From NCBI GenBank assembly GCA_963700635.1, contig CAVOYH010000004.1, positions 896,001 to 960,000 of the forward strand: a DNA stretch of 64,000 bases, written 5' to 3'. The notes under the pieces were generated by a model. That model searched no databases. It had not been told where the DNA came from and saw nothing but the letters and a program-made list of their open reading frames with translations. Below, piece by piece: positions 8,728-18,946 of the stretch (position 1 is the first letter of the stretch; every line of letters begins with the position of its first letter). The position numbers were made by a program, and so were the translations under genes. Source of the DNA: an uncultured Bacteroidota bacterium (GTDB lineage Bacteria; Bacteroidota; Ignavibacteria; UBA10030; UBA6906).

Positions 8728-10569
8728 TTATCGGGGCGAGGCGTCCACCAGAACCGGTTCGAGGCCGGGCAGCGGGATTATCTGCAATGCAAGTTCACGT
8801 TCCAGCTCCGCTAACTGCGAGCGCATAATCTCGCGGTACCGCTCGGTCTCCTTGACGAGTTTGGGGACGAGCGACCGGTAATATTCAATACCTTCCTGCA
8901 GACTCGTCTGGAATTTTGTAAGGTACTTATGCTCACTCGCGGTCAGGGTCTCCAATTTCTTTGCAATTTCACTCTTCAAATAGTCGATATAAAGCCGAAG
9001 TTCATTGATGAAGAGGTTCGGGCGGTCGGAGACAGTTATCAGCTGCAGCCGGCCGTAGATGTGCCCTACCATTTCCTCCAGGGTGGCTATGCGGGAGAAG
9101 TACGCAAGGTTGGGGCCGGGACACACAGCTACAGCAGGAGTGCTGCCGTTATGTTTTGTGCCGGCTCCGACAAACGGTGATGCCGCAAGATCTTCACAGA
9201 GGCAGGATTTTTCGACAACCTTGCTGATCCGGTACTCGAGATCTTCGCCCGGCAGGTCCATCCCCTGCAACTGATTGATTTTGAGTGACTGATACTGTCG
9301 GGACGCGGTGCAAATCGGATCCTTTGTGAACTCGGTATTGGACACGAGATATTTCTTTGTGCACGGACTCCCGGGATTGTCATCTTCGACACGCCGGCGT
9401 ATCAACTCTTCGCTTGAACTGCCCCGGATGTTATTGAAGGCGATGCCAAGCGGGGATGCATCGCTGATGTAGTAATCCTCTTTTCCGGCGGCGGCCAGCT
9501 TCGCCCGCGTCGCGTCGTCGACGTTTGTCGCATCCGGAACAAGCAGAAAGGGAGATCCCCACCCCGTTCCGTCCATTTCAAAAAATTCCCGCAGAAACTC
9601 GTCCTCAGCCGTAGTCCCGATACCTCCCTGGACCGTGATGCGAACCGGCCTGGGCTCGGCAAATGCCGGCAACCCTTTTTCCCGCCTGGTGGCAGAATAG
9701 AGTGTGTGCAATTCGAGAATCAGGGCTTCTCTCTTCTCCTTAAATTCCTGCAGAATGGGTCCGAGTAGCACCCCGTCGGTCGCAAAGGCATGCCCACCAC
9801 AATTCAAACCGGATTCTATTCGATACTCTGATATCCAGATTCCCTTCTTCGCGAGGATCTTTCCCTGGATAAACGCGGACCTGTAGTCACTGACTTTCAG
9901 GATTACTCTCTTTGGGGACGTACCATCTGAATCCGGAAGAAATTCTGGGCAACGCTGCATATACGAGAACAAACGTGGATTCAGGCCGGCGGAAAGCACG
10001 ACAGAAGAATCAAGATCACTCCGCACGAAGCCCCGGAGGGCGGCAACGGCATCTGTTGAGTCGGGAAGCGGTTCGGCATTGTGCCTGGGGATGTTGACCT
10101 TGTCAAGCTTGGTCATGATGTTCACGTCGATAGCACCGGCCACAATGCGGGACCTGAGTTCTTCTTCCAAATTTTCACGGTGTGCAGTGTCCCGGGCCGC
10201 GCCCAATCGCCGGTAGAGCGCCTTGAGCGGTGAGTGGTCGGCGAGCATCTCGAAGTACTTCACAATCTCGCTCCCCTGCTCAAATGCAGAGGCCCTCAGC
10301 TTCGCCGTCTGTTCATGGACGATCTGATTCACAAGATTAAGATATGCTGTGATCCTCCTCGCGCGGTGATCATCGTCCCGTTGATTGATTACGGTGTACG
10401 GCTTGCCGTAAACGCGCGAGTAGTGCTCGCGCATGCGCTCAATGAGGACGTCATCAACGATGGAAATTACCGAGGCAATCCCGAATCGCGCAACCCGCAG
10501 AGGTGTGTCGATGGAAAATGCCAGTCCGAGAACAGGGATGTGAAACGTGTGTACGGGATGAGTCAGCAA
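8728..10569 (-). CDS. Conserved hypothetical protein, probable FMN TIM-barrel oxidoreductase (NMO/FabK-like) with Cys-rich C-terminus
   Basis: 'HTFHIPVLG', 'ESGLNCGGHAF', 'QGGIGT', 'GWGSPFL'; TTG start at 10569 inferred, ORF open to 10656. Confidence 0.7.
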   Translation of the reverse strand: MLTHPVHTFHIPVLGLAFSIDTPLRVARFGIASVISIVDDVLIERMREHYSRVYGKPYTVINQRDDDHRARRITAYLNLVNQIVHEQTAKLRASAFEQGSEIVKYFEMLADHSPLKALYRRLGAARDTAHRENLEEELRSRIVAGAIDVNIMTKLDKVNIPRHNAEPLPDSTDAVAALRGFVRSDLDSSVVLSAGLNPRLFSYMQRCPEFLPDSDGTSPKRVILKVSDYRSAFIQGKILAKKGIWISEYRIESGLNCGGHAFATDGVLLGPILQEFKEKREALILELHTLYSATRREKGLPAFAEPRPVRITVQGGIGTTAEDEFLREFFEMDGTGWGSPFLLVPDATNVDDATRAKLAAAGKEDYYISDASPLGIAFNNIRGSSSEELIRRRVEDDNPGSPCTKKYLVSNTEFTKDPICTASRQYQSLKINQLQGMDLPGEDLEYRISKVVEKSCLCEDLAASPFVGAGTKHNGSTPAVAVCPGPNLAYFSRIATLEEMVGHIYGRLQLITVSDRPNLFINELRLYIDYLKSEIAKKLETLTASEHKYLTKFQTSLQEGIEYYRSLVPKLVKETERYREIMRSQLAELERELALQIIPLPGLEPVLVDASPR

Positions 10570-10781
10570 GTGCCGCGCTCCAGATAATATGCGAAAATGG
10601 GCGAAAATGACGTCATAGGTACTCACCCATTCTCTAACTACCCCAATTCTGGACACAGAGTCAACTACTTTCTCTTCAATTACGATGGCATTCGGGTTCC
10701 CCCCGCCCGCTTCGTCTTCATCGCCTCGGCATGGGGTGATGCGGTATTCGTTTTGGTGTCCCGGTCAACGTTCGAGCCGCC

Positions 10782-10816
10782 TTGCGCTTTCCTTATTCTG
10801 AGTGTATACTTACTCA
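10782..10816 (+). promoter_or_regulatory. sigma70 promoter of the GH97 gene
   Basis: TTGCGC-17-TATACT; TGAGT/ACTCA dyad flanks the -10. Confidence 0.55.
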
Positions 10817-10874
10817 ATTGTTTGAGAACGCCGCTACGATCATCCATTACGATATCCCCCGAAGAGGTCACTGA

Positions 10875-12951
10875 GTGTGCACATCGTGGAGATCCCTGCA
10901 ATTCGGCCAGAGGCGCGCCCCGTGGAGATCTGCTTTCCTTGTCGTCGGGCTTGTCCTCCTGCTGGGGGTAATACCGTCGCATGCCGGTGACAGACCGGGG
11001 CGTTTGCTTTGCCGGGTCACATCTCCGACAGGCACTCTGAGCGTCACAGTCTACGAGGCCGAAGACTGAACGGTCTATTCTCCGGTACGCGGTCCATGCC
11101 GGCCAGATTCGCGTCGTGGAACCTTCGGCGCTGGCCATGATTGTTGCGCCCGGAGAGTGGATCCATGGTGATCTTGTTTCCGTGACGGACACGACGGTTG
11201 TGGAGATTTACCGGTTGCCTGTCGGTAAGACTTCCACAGCACGGAGCCGGTATAACGGTTCGCGTCTTCACTTCAAGGAACCCCGTGCGCCGTTTCGCTC
11301 TCTGGCCGTTGAATTCCGCGCGTTTGATGACGGAGTCGCATTCCGAACGATCCTGGAGTCAGTCACCCCAAACGACAGCATTGTGATTCTGCATGAGGAC
11401 GCCGAATTCCGCTTCCCCCCTGCGACAGGTGTGCATGCCCTCTGGCTGGGCGCGAATACTCACTTTGAAGGCACGTATCGTTCCTGGGAGACCCTGGACA
11501 GTGTGCCGCGTGACACCCGGTTCCCGGTGCCTGTGCTTGTTCAGTCCTCACCAGGAGTCTTCGCGGCCATTTGCGAAGCAGCGCTGCTGGACTATCCCGG
11601 CATGTCGCTGAGAGTATCCGATGACGCAATCCCCGGATTCGTTTCCGACCTGACGCGTCGGCGTGATGACTCTACGCTTGCTGTGATCGGGCTTGGCAAA
11701 ATCGTAACACCGTGGCGCGTTATCATGGTTGCCGCCCGGGAGGTGGAACTAATCGAATCAAATATCCTGACACACCTCGCGCCACCGTGCGAGCTTCCGG
11801 AAACGGATTGGATACGTCCCGGAAAAACAACCTGGGACTGGTGGAACAGTCACCTCCTCAGCAGTGAACACGATCCCGGCGCAATGGACTTTCGTACGAT
11901 GAAGGAATACATCGACTTCTGTGCACGGAATGGCATTGAGTATCATAGTCTCACCGGCTTTGATGCGGGGGGCGGTGACATGACGGCGTGGTACGGCGAG
12001 CATCGCTCCTTCCTTCCCTCTCCGGGAACAAGCCTGCGGGTACCTGTTGCAGAGGTCGAGCTCCCCTCACTCCTTGCGTATGCGCGTGAACAAGGCGTCG
12101 GGCTCCGTCTCTGGCTTCACTTTTGTTCACTTCAAGAGGAGTGTATCGATTCAGTCTTCGCACTGTATGAGCAGTGGGGTATTAACGGGTTTATGCTTGA
12201 CTTTATCGAGAGGGATGACCAGGAAGCCGTCGTGTTTATCACAGATGTCTTACGGGCGGCAGCGAAACACCATTTGACCGTCTCGCTTCATGGTGCGGCG
12301 AAGCCCACGGGCCTCACGAGGACCTTTCCCAATCTTCTAAACCACGAGGGGGTCCTGAATCTTGAATGGAACAAGTGGAGCAGCCGGTGCACTCCCGGGC
12401 ACAACGTGACCGTACCGTTTATTCGTATGCTCGCCGGGCCGATGGATTATCACCTCGGCGGGGTACGTTCTGTGGACCCGGCGGAGTTTATCCCCCGCCA
12501 CGTGGCGCCCTCGGTCATGGGTACGCGCGCGCACAATGCGGCAATGTACGTCGTCTTTGAGAACTACCTGCCCATGGTTGCCGATTACCCGGGGGCCTAC
12601 GTGGGTGACAGCGTTTTCGCCGTTGTGTTCGGGATACCCACCACGTGGGATGAAAGCCGAGGGTTGGCCGGTGAAATCGGGGAGTACATCGTGATTGCCC
12701 GGCGTAGGGGTAGGGACTGGTATGTTGGCGCGATGAACGGCTCAGTACCACGGACGGTGGAGCTTCCGCTGACCTTTCTCGGCCCTTCACGGTATCGGGC
12801 AACAATCATCCGCGACGATGAAGCGCCTGGGAGTATGGCAGCACGTATTGATTCAAGAGAGATGTCAGCAGGATCACGATTGTTCCTGCGTCTCGGGCGA
12901 GACGGAGGTGCATTGATCCGGCTTTCTGCCGTACCGGGGGAATCACCGTGA
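10875..12951 (+). pseudogene. Glycoside hydrolase family 97, frameshifted near 11045-11066
   Basis: Signal peptide and 'SPTGTLSVTV' in ORF 10875-11069; the rest ('FRAFDDGVAFR', 'TPWRVI', 'WIRPGK..WDWW', 'RTFPN', 'PFIRMLAGPMDY') in another frame. Confidence 0.82.
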
Positions 12952-12964
12952 GTACCCCCGGGGT

Positions 12965-13005
12965 ATTTTGCTCCCCTCCGGCCGACCGATGCCGGGGAGC
13001 AATAA
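12965..13005. terminator. Hairpin between convergent GH97 and GH76 genes
   Basis: TTGCTCCCC...GGGGAGCAA inverted repeat. Confidence 0.45.
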
Positions 13006-13011
13006 TGCACT

Positions 13012-14265
13012 TCAGGGGTTGACCAGCGGAAGATTCTTGAAGTACGCGAAAACACCAAATGCCCTGACAGCTTCCCCCTGGGCGTGGACAGTCCCCACCT
13101 CATCCACGCCATAACCATCCTCGCCTCCCTCGGGATTCCAGCCGTTACGAATCCCGTCATCATATTCACGGTGAAGGAGGATTCTCGCCGTACCGTGATG
13201 GTTCGTCCACACATGCTCCAGCATTCTGCCGACCTTTTCAGGGACCTCCTGCAGTTCGTCAGGTGCGATGGAATATGCGTCCAGGAGAAAGTGTACAAAC
13301 GCACCATTGCCATCCATGTGTATCTGGAAAAAATCCACAGGGTCAACCCAGCCCGTGGCCGGATCGAGAATGCGCCTTGCTGTTTCCACGACAATTGTTT
13401 TGTATTTCGGGTCTTTTGTGGAACGATAGAGGGCCGCCCCGATGGAACAATACCCCGTTCCCCCCCAGGGCACCTCTTTCCCGAATGCGGCCCTTCCCTC
13501 TCTCCCCTTCCAGCGGCCATTCCCGAGATACAGCTTCTTCTCGATGCCCGGTGTGATTCCATCCCCATTCCATACAAGCAAAGCATCCTTCAGGAATATG
13601 TCGTTGCCTGTTGCGTCGTAAAGGCGGCAGGCGACATTGACCATCTGGTTCATGTTGGTATTGGTAAAAATGGGGTCTTGCACCTGGGCCATTGGATGAT
13701 AGTTGTACCAGGTCCAGTACCCTTCATGGTTGGAGAGCATTCCTCCCTTGCGCGCTTCGGCATAGCGTTGCGCCGCGTCCGTGACCAGCGTCATATGCTT
13801 CTTTCCGGTAAACTCCCACCAGGTAAGTTCTGCAAGGCAGGCCCAGGCACGGTCATCCAGCCAGTATCCGTTGGAAAGCAGGGTAAGCGGACGTTGCACA
13901 AAGTGAAAACGGAGCAGGGCCGAGTCATTCGTCGCAGCGAACAGATACGCATCACCAAGTGCGCCATAGGCCCCCTCCCAGCCGGGCGTATAGACCTGAT
14001 GAAAGAGCCGGTCAATCCGGTATGCTCTCTGAAGCCACAATTCTGTCGGCTCATACTGGGAGATATTCTCAGCCCCCGGAACGGCGGGCGAGGCCGTTTC
14101 GTCGACAGTTGCCGGCGCAGTGCCAAACCGTATGGGGGCTATCAGGACTATTCCCAGGACAAGCAGTGCAGCAACGGCAATGAGTCCGTAGACCCGGCCC
14201 GGGTGTTTTACTGCCGGCGTTCCGGCAGGTTTTCTTCTGGATTGTGACTTATGCGATCGGGTCAT
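13012..14265 (-). CDS. Glycoside hydrolase family 76-like protein, N-terminal membrane anchor
   Basis: 'GYWLDDRAWACLA' matches the GH76 DD catalytic pair context; 'RLYDATG...FL..A'. Confidence 0.7.
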   Translation of the reverse strand: MTRSHKSQSRRKPAGTPAVKHPGRVYGLIAVAALLVLGIVLIAPIRFGTAPATVDETASPAVPGAENISQYEPTELWLQRAYRIDRLFHQVYTPGWEGAYGALGDAYLFAATNDSALLRFHFVQRPLTLLSNGYWLDDRAWACLAELTWWEFTGKKHMTLVTDAAQRYAEARKGGMLSNHEGYWTWYNYHPMAQVQDPIFTNTNMNQMVNVACRLYDATGNDIFLKDALLVWNGDGITPGIEKKLYLGNGRWKGREGRAAFGKEVPWGGTGYCSIGAALYRSTKDPKYKTIVVETARRILDPATGWVDPVDFFQIHMDGNGAFVHFLLDAYSIAPDELQEVPEKVGRMLEHVWTNHHGTARILLHREYDDGIRNGWNPEGGEDGYGVDEVGTVHAQGEAVRAFGVFAYFKNLPLVNP

Positions 14266-14358
14266 AAAACACCTCTCTCCCGTGACAGAGTTCGAATCCC
14301 GCGCAGGTAATTGCCTTCCTTATTGACATGGCGTGCGATGGATCCGCTCTTTCGGTGC

Positions 14359-16017
14359 TCATTTCAGAAGGACGAGTGTCCTCGTTTGCGAAAAATCTCC
14401 TGCGTGCATTCTATACATGTATACCCCGCTTGCCAGAGGTGCTCCGTCGAGCTGCACCTGATGGACGCCAGCCTCACGCATCGTATCCAATAACTCCAGC
14501 ACCTCCCGGCCAAGCATGTCGTAAACCGTCAGTCTCACGCGGGAGGTCTGAGGCAACTCGTATGTGATGGTCGTAACCGGGTTAAACGGGTTCGGGAAAT
14601 TCTGGCTCAATGTGTACGCGCCTGGGAGGTTTTCATCCAAACGATCTCGCACTCCCGTCACAATCAGGGGAACGCTGAATGCGGAGGTGTTGCCCGCACT
14701 ATCGGTGCAGGTGGCCGTGACAAAGGGGCCGGACGCTGTTCCGGTCCATGTAAAATTGCCGGAGGGATCCGCGGTTGTCGTTCCTTCGTAGATGGCACCT
14801 TCATCCGAAGAGTCGGAGAAGATCTCCACCCTGCTCCTTGCCGGGGCTGTGCCCGTGACCATCGATGCCGTCGCCCCCCCTATCACGGGAGGAGTGATAC
14901 CGGCATTTGCCCCGTCAATGATGGAAATCCCTGATCCCCCGTTCCGCTTGATCGTGTTCCGGGTGATGCTGTTAGAAAACGTTGAATCGTGGGTCATCGA
15001 GATACCGTGGCTTCCATTAAACGTGATCGTATTGCCCGGACCGATGGTATTCTCCTGTGCGCCAAAATCAAAACGAATGCCGTACGACACGTTCCCCAGA
15101 TTCATTTGCCCCGTCGGGTCTGTACCGATAGAATTGCCGCTGATCGTATTCTTCCGCCCGGGGGGGATTCGGAGCACAATGCCCACCCACCCGTTGGCGG
15201 AGATAACATTTCCTTCGCCTGGCGCAGGGCTTCCAATGCTATTACTCCCGCATTCCCGGATGCACACACCTGTGTTCTTGTTTGGCAAGGCAGCCGTGCT
15301 ATTTCTGTTTACCCCGATATAGTTGCCGAGAATCCGGTTGCTGTCAGCCCGGTCGATATACACTCCGTTACCGGTGGCGAGATTAACGCTGGTGGTCGTA
15401 CCAGAAATGATATTCCGTTCTGCTTCCGTGGCTCCCCCCACGCGATTATTGCTTGCGCCTGTACGGATCCAAATGCCACCCAGGACATTACCGTGTGCGA
15501 CCATGCCGGTCGGGTCGGTTCCTATATAGTTGCCGACAATGCTGTTGCCCCGCGCAGTTGTGCCACGGATATCCACCGCAATCGAGTTGACCCGGTTGAT
15601 GATAAGACCCTTGATCACGTTGTCCGGCGAAGTGATCGTAAATCCGTTGGCGCCCGCAGCATTCGTTCCGTCAATTTCGATTTCAGGGCCGAAGACGTTT
15701 CGATCGCCTTGACTGGCAGTCTGAGTAGTTCCATCGATGAATGTTCCTCCATCTGAAAGACTCGAGAAATCTGACGTCGGGCGTATCGTCCAGACTCCGG
15801 AAACCACATCAAATCCCGGGTCCGATGCAGGTATGGTAAACAGGATCGTGTCGGCGCCGGCATGGGTATTGGCGTCGACAATAGCCTGACGGAGCGACCC
15901 GGCACCGGATTCAGCGGTGGTGGTAACGGAATAGATGTTTGCGCGGACGACGGAAAGAGAGACACCGCTGATGATGACCGCGACGAGGAAAGAACGGGCA
16001 ATTCGATCGTGCGTCAT
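14359..16017 (-). CDS. T9SS cargo protein with parallel beta-helix repeats
   Basis: 'SGAGSLRQAI..AN', repeated 'N.I.GNYIGTD.TG', CTD 'LSQNFPNPFNP...YDMLGREV'; GGAGG RBS before ATG 16017. Confidence 0.88.
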   Translation of the reverse strand: MTHDRIARSFLVAVIISGVSLSVVRANIYSVTTTAESGAGSLRQAIVDANTHAGADTILFTIPASDPGFDVVSGVWTIRPTSDFSSLSDGGTFIDGTTQTASQGDRNVFGPEIEIDGTNAAGANGFTITSPDNVIKGLIINRVNSIAVDIRGTTARGNSIVGNYIGTDPTGMVAHGNVLGGIWIRTGASNNRVGGATEAERNIISGTTTSVNLATGNGVYIDRADSNRILGNYIGVNRNSTAALPNKNTGVCIRECGSNSIGSPAPGEGNVISANGWVGIVLRIPPGRKNTISGNSIGTDPTGQMNLGNVSYGIRFDFGAQENTIGPGNTITFNGSHGISMTHDSTFSNSITRNTIKRNGGSGISIIDGANAGITPPVIGGATASMVTGTAPARSRVEIFSDSSDEGAIYEGTTTADPSGNFTWTGTASGPFVTATCTDSAGNTSAFSVPLIVTGVRDRLDENLPGAYTLSQNFPNPFNPVTTITYELPQTSRVRLTVYDMLGREVLELLDTMREAGVHQVQLDGAPLASGVYMYRMHAGDFSQTRTLVLLK

Positions 16018-16129
16018 GATGTATCCTCCATGTGGTTTCTGGCAAACACTCCGCCCGCACGTACGCAACAGGGGCAGCAGCTCTTGCGTGTACAAGCCGC
16101 TTGCTGAGTTCCCGATCTAAACGCAGAAC

Positions 16130-16157
16130 GGCCTCTCGTCCATCGGACGAAGAGGCC
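16130..16157 (-). other. GC-rich stem-loop in the predicted leader of the beta-helix gene
   Basis: GGCCTCTCGTCC-ATC-GGACGAAGAGGCC (one bulge). Confidence 0.55.
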
Positions 16158-16196
16158 TGTGTTCCCCTATCCGCAATTCCCCCGATCCATGCTGTT

Positions 16197-16225
16197 AAGG
16201 TACACTGTTACGGGAATATTGTCAA
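16197..16225 (-). promoter_or_regulatory. sigma70 promoter
   Basis: TTGACA-17-TACCTT on the minus strand. Confidence 0.6.
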
Positions 16226-16293
16226 CCTCGTGCCGGAAGCCATGCCGGGTGCCAGTAATCCCCGTACCGATTGTCCGTGAGCCCCGTGGTGCT

Positions 16294-16938
16294 TCAGGAT
16301 TCTTCCCGGAGGGCCGTGAGCACAACAATGTGAGCAGTCTCTGGAGTGTCCCGGACTTCATGAAGCGTCCGCAATGGGAGCGTCTTCGCCAAACCCGGGA
16401 GCCCTCCAAGTGTTACAAAGGTCTTGAAGTTCCTGTAATGATCCCGACCGGCGAAAAATTCCACGACATGGTTCAGGTACGACCGGAAACCCTCCGGCCT
16501 TGGCACGAGATAGTCGCCGAGAATGATGGTGTCGGCGATTCCGAACACATCCCGGAGAAGCCCCGCCCGGAGATGTTCCGGCACTTCATGTAGAACATAC
16601 GTCATCACCGCATAGTCGTAGTGCTTGCCGCGTTCGCTCAGGATGTCCGCCGCGCTCTTATGTTCGAAAAGAATCCCGGGATGAGGATTGCGGGAAAGTG
16701 TACGGTCCGCCCGTCGGATATTCCTCACGGAGAGATCTATCCCCATCACGGTGGTGCACGTCTCCGCAAGCATGAAGGCCAGTCGACCTGTGCCGCATCC
16801 GACATCAATGACTGTGGACCCTGGTTTGATCAGCCGTTTGACTTGCTCAAAGAGGTGATCCTGATTCGGCGCAATCCACGTATCATAGAGCCATCCGTCA
16901 TACCAGTGGTCCTTATTCGCCGGCATCTCCTGTTTCAT
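16294..16938 (-). CDS. Class I SAM-dependent methyltransferase
   Basis: 'VIDVGCGTG', 'GIDLS', 'YVLHE'; start overlaps the upstream stop (ATGA). Confidence 0.88.
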   Translation of the reverse strand: MKQEMPANKDHWYDGWLYDTWIAPNQDHLFEQVKRLIKPGSTVIDVGCGTGRLAFMLAETCTTVMGIDLSVRNIRRADRTLSRNPHPGILFEHKSAADILSERGKHYDYAVMTYVLHEVPEHLRAGLLRDVFGIADTIILGDYLVPRPEGFRSYLNHVVEFFAGRDHYRNFKTFVTLGGLPGLAKTLPLRTLHEVRDTPETAHIVVLTALREES

Positions 16939-18398
16939 CCCGGGATTACCTTCATCTCGTTCATCCGGAGATTGGGCATACATTCCCCCACGTCTGCATT
17001 CAGGTAGGTCGGGTCACAGACGATGTACTTCTTCCCCTTGTATCTGACTGACACCCCGTTCACGTCCCCACGGAAGCGCACTGCTGTTGCAATGTGACCG
17101 GGGAAATCAAGCCCTATTACCTCCAGCCCTGTGACGTGTTTTACGATGTAGGAGAACAGGATCGCGCGGTCTTCGCAATCGGAGAAGGGATAAAACAACG
17201 TCTCGTCGGGAAACATCGGTTTCTCCCTTTGGAAAACCTCCTGATCGGTTTTGTATTCGAACGCTCCCTGCACGAAGCGCAGGATGATATTTACGGCCTC
17301 CCATTCGCCTTTTCCCTCGACCAGCGGTCGCAGTCCGGCCAGGAGCGAAGTGGTCGCCAGGTTCGATGCAGGGGACGAGAAATAAACCGAGAAATCGGTC
17401 TGCGGATAAAACTCGAAAAAGCGGACTACATCTTTGCGAAGCGCCACCGGAATTGAATACACTTTTCCGCGATACGAAAATGTCAGAGTTTTGGAGACTG
17501 CTTCCTCCTTCAATGCGGGCGGCTGCAAAAGACGGAAGCTGCACAGGCGGTTGTCGCCCGGAGCGTCTCCATCATAAGAATACAGGCTTTTTTGTGGCGG
17601 CACGACGGCTTGTTCCAGTGAGACCACGTAGTAGCGCCTGCCGGTCTTTTGCATGGTGAGAAAAGAAGCACCAAAAAGGGTCTCCTCAGAACCGAGGAGC
17701 AGGAACAGATCGTCTTCTGTGTATCCCACGCGTGCGTCGATACCGGACTTGTTGAGCATGAACCAGGTGAAGAAAACAGCGGACTGCGGAGATCCGCCGC
17801 CCATGGAGAGTCCTGTAGCATAGAGCAGCCTGCAATACCCCCAATCGTTCAGCCGGAGTTGTTTGCGGTAATCCTGGACTTTCTGCAAAACCGGATTAAA
17901 CTGCGCAGCGCTCATTTCTTCCCATGCCAACGCAATACCTTCCTCATTTATCTGGCGGGGCTGAGGCACGGGAAAACGATCCGCACCGGGAATGTGTACC
18001 GGGGTGCCGAAAAACTCGACGGAGGACGCCGGTATTTCTTCGATTCGATCCAGCTTCTTCTCGACCGGGGGGATGCCGGGGTCGACCGGCTTCGGCCGTG
18101 GAACAGGCACCGGCGGAGTCGCGTCAGGAACAGGTGCCGGGCTTTCATTGGAAATCTTCCGGGGCTGGATCGCGACAGGCTTTGGTTTTCTGAATGGTCC
18201 CGTGCCCTTCATGACCTCCATCTCTTCCCATGACTTGCGGAGGAACTCGGCAAACTCTCGGTCGGATTCCGCCTTAAACTTCTCAAAGTCCTTCTTTTCC
18301 CGTTTCAGGAATTCCTCAAAAGACTCCTCCTGCGCGATCCCCATACTTGTTGTACAAAGAACGCCGGCGCATGCCAGAATTATCAGGTGTAATCTCAT
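16935..18398 (-). CDS. Secreted transglutaminase-like (Cys-His-Asp) protein
   Basis: Signal peptide; 'SDCEDRAILF', 'PGHIATAV', 'CDPTY'. Confidence 0.72.
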   Translation of the reverse strand: MRLHLIILACAGVLCTTSMGIAQEESFEEFLKREKKDFEKFKAESDREFAEFLRKSWEEMEVMKGTGPFRKPKPVAIQPRKISNESPAPVPDATPPVPVPRPKPVDPGIPPVEKKLDRIEEIPASSVEFFGTPVHIPGADRFPVPQPRQINEEGIALAWEEMSAAQFNPVLQKVQDYRKQLRLNDWGYCRLLYATGLSMGGGSPQSAVFFTWFMLNKSGIDARVGYTEDDLFLLLGSEETLFGASFLTMQKTGRRYYVVSLEQAVVPPQKSLYSYDGDAPGDNRLCSFRLLQPPALKEEAVSKTLTFSYRGKVYSIPVALRKDVVRFFEFYPQTDFSVYFSSPASNLATTSLLAGLRPLVEGKGEWEAVNIILRFVQGAFEYKTDQEVFQREKPMFPDETLFYPFSDCEDRAILFSYIVKHVTGLEVIGLDFPGHIATAVRFRGDVNGVSVRYKGKKYIVCDPTYLNADVGECMPNLRMNEMKVIPG

Positions 18399-18515
18399 AA
18401 GGACCTCACGCTGTGAAATGAAGAACACCCCGCGGATGTTTTGCTGTCACCATCATATCAAGGACCCATTTCTGAAATCACGAATGACGTGGGCGCCATC
18501 GCGCATACATGGTCT

Positions 18516-18929
18516 TCAGAACAATTCTGCGAGCGCACGGGTCACGCCAAAAACCAGCCAGATCGTCATTGCCCCGAGGAAGAGGAATCGTTTCACGATC
18601 GTACTGCGGAGGAGCAGAAGTTGTTTCCCTGTCCCGGCTTCTACAACACATGTCAGTGCGAGCGAGACCATCCCTGCGAGAACCAAAGGTCCCATCAGGT
18701 GAAACTGAAATGCCGCCTGCAGGTGCCCATGGGAGGCGGCCTGAAGGGAGCGGGTCATTCCGCACGTGAGGCAGCTTATACCCGTGAATTCACGAAACAA
18801 ACAGTGGGAAACCGGAAGTCCCTCCGGTCCCGGGACCAGAATCCATCCGAACACCAGGGCCAACCCCGTCGCCAGAAAGGCTCTCCATAAACGGGCATCA
18901 CGCGAGAGCGCATTTCCCCACCCATCCAT
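18516..18929 (-). CDS. DUF2752 membrane protein
   Basis: 'CLFREFTGISCLTCGMTRS...GHL.AAF.FH'; start estimated. Confidence 0.85.
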   Translation of the reverse strand: MDGWGNALSRDARLWRAFLATGLALVFGWILVPGPEGLPVSHCLFREFTGISCLTCGMTRSLQAASHGHLQAAFQFHLMGPLVLAGMVSLALTCVVEAGTGKQLLLLRSTIVKRFLFLGAMTIWLVFGVTRALAELF

Positions 18930-18946
18930 ACGGCGGATCTCCTCGA

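Noticed and set aside
14286-14300. GTTCGAATCCC tRNA T-loop-like sequence
   Set aside because: No pairing T stem or cloverleaf around it
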